DNA of 30,073 bases from Gemmatimonadota bacterium (GTDB lineage: Bacteria; Gemmatimonadota; Gemmatimonadetes; Gemmatimonadales; GWC2-71-9). The notes under the pieces are model-generated. The model made no database searches. It saw only the letters and a list, made by a program, of their open reading frames with translations, and was not told the DNA's origin. A program made the position numbers and the translations under genes. The stretch is from assembly GCA_039586365.1 (NCBI GenBank), contig JBDHKN010000060.1, positions 1-30,073 of the forward strand, in the 5' to 3' direction. Shown here one piece after another: positions 24,915 to 30,073 of the stretch (position 1 is its first letter; every line of letters starts with the position of its first letter).

Positions 24915-24920
24915 TATCTC

Positions 24921-27623
24921 CTATCTTCCCAACCAATAAGTGCACTTCACCACAAACGTATTCACAGCCTCTGCATCGAAGAGATCCCTGATTCCCTGTC
25001 CCAGCCGGAACTGGCCACGATCGTTGTCATCGGTGCGGCCGTGCTGCCACACCAGGAACAGCGTTGACCCAGGCCTGTACTCCCAGCGGAGCACGGTATT
25101 GGACCGGAAGGAGAGGAAGGTGAAGTCGGGGTTCCCCAGATCTATCTCTGGGGTTCCGTCGGAATCGAGGTCGATTGCGTATTCGCCGTCAGACTCGATC
25201 AATCTGTCGGTGCCGAAATCGTCGAAGCGATCCTGAAAATGATCGGCCCGCGGATCGGCAACCTGACGGAAGCCCTGGTACTCGCCGCTCGCGAGGAAAG
25301 GCTCGGCGTAGAGTTGCAACGACAGCGTTGGTGTGAACGTCACGTTGCCGCGGATTGTCATGCTCGCAACCGTCTGTCGCAGCTGGCCAAAGATGTAGTG
25401 GTCAACGTCCGCGACGGTCTCCTGCGTGACATACTGCCAGCTGTTGAACCGGCGTGAGACTTGCGGTCCCAGGGTGAAGTCCATGTTGGATGCGGCACGC
25501 CACGAGATGCGGGGTGAGATGCCGTAGTTCCAGGAGTCACTCGCGGGTTGCAGCTGCCCCCACGTGCTGATCCCGCCGCGGACAGCTTTCCGACTGTCAC
25601 TGCTGAAGCCACCCCACCAGTTTGTCGAGTAAGGGGTCAGCAAGGCGGGACCGCCTCGCAGGGCTGTGGATGAGAGGCCCTCTAGGCTCTGCTGCACGCC
25701 GACATACCCGCTCCAGTAGTTGCGGAACTGGCCGTTGGCGTTGACGTTGCCACCGGTGGACACTCGGTCGAATCCAAAGTTCCATACGGTATGCTGGTTC
25801 AAGTTTATCTGGGCCCGCCGAAACACCTTGCCCGGATCGAGCCAACGCCGTGCCATCCAGAAGAACTGGATCGTACGGTCTGCATCGCGCTGGAATCCGG
25901 CGTCGTTCACTTCAAAGCCGGGAGAGCGCGTGTCGAGCCCGGTGGCGTAAACCCACTCACCGCGGTTCTTGCTGAATACGAACTGCCCCGCGAATCCAGA
26001 GAGCGAGGTTCGCGTCGGATCGTAGCTGACGTAATCGTTGTCGGGGCGCTGGAAATAGCGCGCCGAAGAGCGCTGGGTGCTATCGATCGCCGTCGCTGAG
26101 CCGCGCACGTGGCTGCCCACCAGCCAGCCATCGATCTCGTAGGTGTCGTCGTGGAACCGGTGGGTCCAGTCGAAACCTCCCGCGTAAGCCGCGCTGCGGA
26201 GCCAGTCCAAGTTGTCAGGGAGCGCACGGTTCACCGCGGTGCCGAAGAAACCGAGCTTCGTCTTGCCGTCTCGCAGATCGCGTGCGACGCGACTCACGAA
26301 GTAGCTGGATCGCGGCTCGACGATGTCGCTGAACCTTTCCCCGTTCCCAGCCAACACGTCTGCTTCCTCCTCGGCGGTCAGCGCGCTGAGCAGGCCGACG
26401 GTCCAGCCGCTCGAGGTTTTACCGGTGAGCTTCCCCGCGCCCAGGATCGTTGTCTGCTGGATGGCTTCAGCGTAGCCGTCCCGGTCATCGGCTAAACCCT
26501 GGGGTGCCCGCCCGATGCGCCGCGTGTAGAAGAGCTGCTCGTTGGCATCGTCGCCATCGCCGAGTAAGATCGGGAAGCGGAATACGTCGAGGCCCTCGTT
26601 GAAGAAGGGGCGTTTCTCGGGGTAGAACGTCTCGAAGGCCGAGAGGTTCACCACAGCCGGATCTGCTTCGACCTGGCCAAAGTCAGGGTTGATCGTTGCC
26701 GCAAGCGTGAGGTTGGAGGTTACGCCGTAGTAGAGGTCGCCGCCCACTCGGACCGCGTGGTCGGAGCCGGTGGCGAAGGGATTGCCTGACTCGGCCGCGT
26801 AGCGTGAGGTGTTCGCCGCAACGTAGGGTAGCAGCTCATTTCGGTGCGGCGGTTTGATACCCTCGATGCCCACCAAATCACCAAACAGCGACACCGTGCC
26901 CGATTGGTCTTTGGGCATCAGCCGCCAGTGCTGCTCTTCGTTCAACCGGTTGATCAGACGTACGACCTGGAAACCGAACTCCTGCTCATCCCCGTCAGCG
27001 AAGCGCAACTGGCTGAAGGGAATCCGGAACTCCGCCGTCCAACCGCGGTCGTCTATGGTCGTGGCCACATCCCACACGGCGTCCCACGAGTAGTCCTCGT
27101 CAGTGTCGTCGAACAGGTACATGTCGCGCTTCACACCGGCTGGATTGACCCAGAACACGAAAGCCGTGCGGCGATCGCGGTAGGAGTCGATCCCGATCAC
27201 GATCCAATCTGATGGGGATTCCTCATCACGCCGCGTCAGTTGGGCCGCAATCTGGTCGGCCTGGGAGTCCCACGCGCGGACACCCACGAAGAGTGCTGCA
27301 TCGGTGTAGAGCACGCGGACTTCACTGGGTTCGGTAGCCGGCTCACCCTCATTGGGGTCCTTCTGTGTGAAATCCCGTATTGCAGGGGCATCCAGCCAGG
27401 CCTGCTCGTCCAACTTCCCGTCGATGCGGGGGGCTTGGGGCTCAGCTCGTACGGCCTGGGCCACGGCCGGATTCGTTGCCCCGGAGCCCGTCCGGGCGGC
27501 AGTGGTCGACTCGTGTTGAGCCATGGCGGGGGTGACAACAAGAACCGCCAAGAGCAGTACAGCGACTGCTCCGGCGATCGGGCAACAAAGGTCCCCCCAC
27601 GCGCTCTGCACGCTTCTTTTCAC
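24921..27623 (-). CDS. DUF5916 domain protein with N-terminal CBM9-like domain (long form)
   Basis: GTG after GGAGGGG; signal peptide; PRIDGKLDEQAW, GWTAEFRIPFSQLRF, TINPDFGQVEADPAVVNLSAFETFYPEKRPFF, LFYTRRIG, RWEYRPGSTLFLVW. Confidence 0.9.
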   Translation of the reverse strand: MKRSVQSAWGDLCCPIAGAVAVLLLAVLVVTPAMAQHESTTAARTGSGATNPAVAQAVRAEPQAPRIDGKLDEQAWLDAPAIRDFTQKDPNEGEPATEPSEVRVLYTDAALFVGVRAWDSQADQIAAQLTRRDEESPSDWIVIGIDSYRDRRTAFVFWVNPAGVKRDMYLFDDTDEDYSWDAVWDVATTIDDRGWTAEFRIPFSQLRFADGDEQEFGFQVVRLINRLNEEQHWRLMPKDQSGTVSLFGDLVGIEGIKPPHRNELLPYVAANTSRYAAESGNPFATGSDHAVRVGGDLYYGVTSNLTLAATINPDFGQVEADPAVVNLSAFETFYPEKRPFFNEGLDVFRFPILLGDGDDANEQLFYTRRIGRAPQGLADDRDGYAEAIQQTTILGAGKLTGKTSSGWTVGLLSALTAEEEADVLAGNGERFSDIVEPRSSYFVSRVARDLRDGKTKLGFFGTAVNRALPDNLDWLRSAAYAGGFDWTHRFHDDTYEIDGWLVGSHVRGSATAIDSTQRSSARYFQRPDNDYVSYDPTRTSLSGFAGQFVFSKNRGEWVYATGLDTRSPGFEVNDAGFQRDADRTIQFFWMARRWLDPGKVFRRAQINLNQHTVWNFGFDRVSTGGNVNANGQFRNYWSGYVGVQQSLEGLSSTALRGGPALLTPYSTNWWGGFSSDSRKAVRGGISTWGQLQPASDSWNYGISPRISWRAASNMDFTLGPQVSRRFNSWQYVTQETVADVDHYIFGQLRQTVASMTIRGNVTFTPTLSLQLYAEPFLASGEYQGFRQVADPRADHFQDRFDDFGTDRLIESDGEYAIDLDSDGTPEIDLGNPDFTFLSFRSNTVLRWEYRPGSTLFLVWQHGRTDDNDRGQFRLGQGIRDLFDAEAVNTFVVKCTYWLGR

Positions 27624-27684
27624 AGTCCCCTCCTACTGTCGTTGGGAACTAGAGTCCGGAGTGATTGCGACTGATGCCTACTAC

Positions 27685-27711
27685 TACGGCCGATCTACCG
27701 GCCCGGTTTCG
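27685..27711 (-). promoter_or_regulatory. Putative ECF sigma promoter CGAAAC-N17-CGTA
   Basis: Minus strand CGAAAC cgggccggtagatcggc CGTAGT, about 62 nt upstream of the 27623 start. Confidence 0.55.
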
Positions 27712-27800
27712 CGTGATCTCGCCATCCGTCTATTCCCACCGTTAGATGGGTTAGAGAGCGAGAAGGTTGCAATGGATGGGTTGGTGGAGATAGAGTTGGA

Positions 27801-27832
27801 CAGGGAGCAGGGAGCAGGGAGCAGAGAGCAGG
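27801..27832. repeat. Heptamer array (CAGGGAG)x3 + CAGAGAG
   Basis: Read directly upstream of gpmA; same family as GGGGAGC at 17168. Confidence 0.9.
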
Positions 27833-27870
27833 ATTAAGGCTGACAGCCATCTAATACCAAGAGGGAAGGA

Positions 27871-28623
27871 ATGAAGCGATTAGTGCTGCTCCGCCACGGC
27901 GAGAGTGTCTGGAATAGGGAGAACCGGTTCACCGGTTGGACGGATGTGGGCTTGACTGAGAAGGGTGTTCAGGAAGCGCACGAGGCAGGACGTACGCTCC
28001 TCAGGGACGGCTACACTTTCGACGTGGCCTACACGTCGGTACTAAAACGGGCGATTCAGACCCTGTGGATAGCGCTGGAGGAAATGGATCTCATGTGGAT
28101 CCCGGTGCATCGGAGCTGGCGTTTGAACGAGCGGCATTACGGGGCGCTGCAGGGGCTGAACAAGGCGGAGACGGCCCAGCAACATGGTGAACAACAGGTA
28201 AAGCTGTGGCGGCGTAGCTATGACATTCCACCGCCGGCCTTGGACCCGGGAGACGAGCGTCACCCGGGTCGAGACCCGAGATATGCTTGTCTAGCGCCGG
28301 ACGAGCTGCCGTTGACAGAGTGTCTCAAGGACACGGTCGAGCGTTTTCTGCCTTACTGGGAAAGCGAAATTGCACCCGCTGTCAGACGTGGTGAGCGAGT
28401 GCTCATCTCAGCCCATGGCAATAGCCTGCGGGCCCTCGTGAAGCACTTGGACAACATTTCTGACAAGGAGATTGTGGGGCTCAACATCCCGACTGGGATC
28501 CCGTTGGTCTACGAATTGAACGACGGCGATCTGAGCCCGATCAAGAGCTACTATTTGGGTGATCCTGAGGCCATTGCGCAGGCACAAGCTGCGGTCGCCG
28601 CGCAGGGGAAGGCGAAGCAATAG
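27871..28623 (+). CDS. gpmA: 2,3-bisphosphoglycerate-dependent phosphoglycerate mutase
   Basis: [63 protein letters not shown]. Confidence 0.98.
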   Translation: MKRLVLLRHGESVWNRENRFTGWTDVGLTEKGVQEAHEAGRTLLRDGYTFDVAYTSVLKRAIQTLWIALEEMDLMWIPVHRSWRLNERHYGALQGLNKAETAQQHGEQQVKLWRRSYDIPPPALDPGDERHPGRDPRYACLAPDELPLTECLKDTVERFLPYWESEIAPAVRRGERVLISAHGNSLRALVKHLDNISDKEIVGLNIPTGIPLVYELNDGDLSPIKSYYLGDPEAIAQAQAAVAAQGKAKQ

Positions 28624-28715
28624 GACGGTGAGGGAGAAGACGTGATAAACAGTGAGGGCGGAGCTGCTCTGGGGAGCGGTACCGCCCTCGGTTGTTGTGG
28701 GAGATTACAGGCTGG

Positions 28716-29126
28716 TCAGATCGGGGCCTCTCCTAGGAGCCTACCGGTCTCCACCTCGTAGACCCGAACGCGGATGATGGTGCCGCCGCGTCGCATGTCC
28801 ACTTCCTTCAGCTCGACGAGCTTCCGGTTCTTGCCGGCCCGGTGGATGATCCAGGTGCCGGCAGGCGCCGCGGCTTCAATCCCATTGCAGTCGGATGGTG
28901 GGGCCTGTCTGCCCGGGAAGTTGCCCGGCACCCAGACCTTGCATTGGCCTGGCGGGGGTAGCTGACTTGACGGGATGCCCAACCTCGCGGCGGTGCTGGG
29001 CCCGGAAGCGGTGGGCTGGTCGGCCACGACTCGAGCTTCAGGTGTCGGTGCCGTCCTCGCTTGCGTGGTGCAGCCGAGGACCAGTGCCGTAAGGAGCAAG
29101 ACGGTTACCTCGGATTTCGTTGGCAT
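28716..29126 (-). CDS. Hypothetical lipoprotein with Pro/Cys motif
   Basis: ATG 29126 after AGAGGA; LVLGC lipobox; LGIPSSQLPPPGQCKVWVPG...PPSDC motif. Confidence 0.75.
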   Translation of the reverse strand: MPTKSEVTVLLLTALVLGCTTQARTAPTPEARVVADQPTASGPSTAARLGIPSSQLPPPGQCKVWVPGNFPGRQAPPSDCNGIEAAAPAGTWIIHRAGKNRKLVELKEVDMRRGGTIIRVRVYEVETGRLLGEAPI

Positions 29127-29215
29127 TGTTTTCCTCTGCTTGTCTGCGCCTGACACCAAGATTGCTGCAAGACCGAGTGAGTTCTGTGACGCGGGCCGCA
29201 TTTGGGTTCCGGCCA

Positions 29216-29244
29216 TTGACCCTCTGACGGAGCGCCAGTAGGTT
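29216..29244 (+). promoter_or_regulatory. Putative sigma70 promoter of the tRNA pair, TTGACC-N17-TAGGTT
   Basis: Near-consensus boxes with a 17-nt spacer about 60 nt upstream of tRNA-His. Confidence 0.65.
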
Positions 29245-29303
29245 CAAAGCCGCGCGAATCGGCGGTGATTCGTTAGGTTTTTTGTGGTGATCCGGGGTTT
29301 CGT

Positions 29304-29378
29304 GGTGGCTGTAGCTCAATAGGTTAGAGCGCCGGACTGTGGCTCCGGAGGTTGGGGGTTCGAGACCCCTCAGCCACC
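29304..29378 (+). tRNA. tRNA-His (GTG)
   Basis: G-1, acceptor GTGGCTG/CAGCCAC, C73, anticodon arm CCGGA-CT GTG GC-TCCGG, TTCGAGA T-loop; full CCA not encoded. Confidence 0.96.
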
Positions 29379-29384
29379 CTGGGC

Positions 29385-29470
29385 GATTGCAGGTTGCAGA
29401 ACGCAGATTGCAGAATTGCAGAGCGGGCAGACTTCAAAACCAATCTGAAATCTGCACCTGCATTCTGCAC
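29385..29470. repeat. Inverted degenerate heptamer arrays (GATTGCA-like x5 / AATCTGC-like x4) in the tRNA spacer
   Basis: gattgca ggttgca gaacgca gattgca gaattgca ... aatctga aatctgc acctgc attctgc. Confidence 0.8.
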
Positions 29471-29477
29471 TCATCAT

Positions 29478-29550
29478 AGGCTCGTAGCTCAATTGGCAGA
29501 GCACCGGTCTCCAAAACCGGGGGTTGCAGGTTCGAGTCCTGCCGGGCCTG
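29478..29550 (+). tRNA. tRNA-Trp (CCA)
   Basis: Acceptor AGGCTCG/CGGGCCT, G73, anticodon arm CCGGT-CT CCA AA-ACCGG, T-arm GCAGG-TTCGAGT-CCTGC; CCA end not encoded. Confidence 0.96.
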
Positions 29551-29564
29551 TCTCAGTGACACTC

Positions 29565-29595
29565 ACGCAAGTCCTTGTTGGACTTGCGTTTGTGT
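29565..29595 (+). terminator. Terminator of the tRNA transcript
   Basis: Perfect 10-bp stem ACGCAAGTCC/GGACTTGCGT followed by TTGTGT. Confidence 0.65.
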
Positions 29596-29850
29596 CTAAG
29601 TGCCAGTCGCGGCCCCAGTTTGGCTTCACCGATGCCAGTCTGGATGGTGACCAGATTGGTGGCGCTTCCACGATAGAATCGTGGCTAGATCAGCGCAATA
29701 GTCGATTGCCCACGCGAGGGCATCTCGGCAGATTGTCACTTGAAGATCCGTGGGACCCGTGGAGTGCAACTGCCGACAGCCTCATTCTGCAGAGGAGACC
29801 GAGCGCTGGGAGAATTAGGAAAGCTGAACGAGTTCTTCTCGGACGTTGAG

Positions 29851-30073
29851 ATGGTCAACGGTATGGTGGAGCATCCGTATCCTGACAACACTTGGCCTCT
29901 TGACTTTCCGTTCCTATGCGAAAGCCCATTGGAGGAAGCCTTTGCTGAAAGCATAGTCAAGTACTTGCCCCGTGAGCGTCCGCTGCTGTCACCACAGGTC
30001 TGGGTTGATACGCCGGTGGGAAAGTTCCGACTAGACTTCCTCATCACCACCAGCGGCAAGAGAACCGCATTCG
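29851..30073 (+). CDS. Partial (3'-truncated) DUF559/Vsr-like PD-(D/E)XK endonuclease-domain protein; start uncertain (frame open from 29689)
   Basis: Own translation: MVNGMVEHPYPDNTWPLDFPFLCESPLEEAFAESIVKYLPRERPLLSPQVWVDTPVGKFRLDFLITTSGKRTAF; ESPLE, PQV, FRLDFL pattern. Absent from the ORF track, probably because there is no stop in the window. Confidence 0.65.
   Translation, partial: MVNGMVEHPYPDNTWPLDFPFLCESPLEEAFAESIVKYLPRERPLLSPQVWVDTPVGKFRLDFLITTSGKRTAF

Noticed and set aside
7404..29470. CRISPR interpretation of the repeat arrays
   Set aside because: Units are 7-10 nt, contiguous, with no unique spacers and no cas genes.
29352..29849. 165-aa ORF across the tRNAs, and the 107-aa minus ORF at 29736..30059
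   Set aside because: The first overlaps two intact tRNA genes; the second is antisense to the nuclease-like frame.

Overview
GC-rich bacterial chromosomal window. The gene content (plug-only CarboxypepD_reg protein, two DUF5916 proteins, DUF4384 protein, FHA-trypsin fusion, EcxA-like metzincin) points to Gemmatimonadota; this is an inference and was not checked by search. It holds about 21 CDSs: a 5'-truncated multiheme cytochrome c, a ClC-CBS-TrkA_C transporter, cobO, an APC permease coupled to a pentein (DDAH/ADI-like) enzyme, an orphan molybdopterin oxidoreductase, two Zn-peptidase lipoproteins, an EamA transporter, gpmA, several hypothetical proteins (one a 54-aa membrane protein absent from the ORF track) and a 3'-truncated DUF559/Vsr-like nuclease. 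tRNA-His and tRNA-Trp lie near the right end. The most unusual signals are non-coding: (i) recurring 7-mer/10-mer tandem arrays at gene ends, three of them paired with an inverted array into long hairpins, two overlapping the end of a CDS and two matching the G-quadruplex pattern; (ii) three ECF-type promoter motifs with identical GAAAC-N17-CGTA geometry; (iii) a sigma54 promoter with IHF-like and enhancer-like sites ahead of a protein with an aromatic block and a long Arg/Ser/Thr tail; (iv) a structured, possibly pseudoknotted RNA candidate downstream of the cytochrome gene. No CRISPR array, rRNA, integrase or transposase was seen. All family assignments come from motif recognition by eye.
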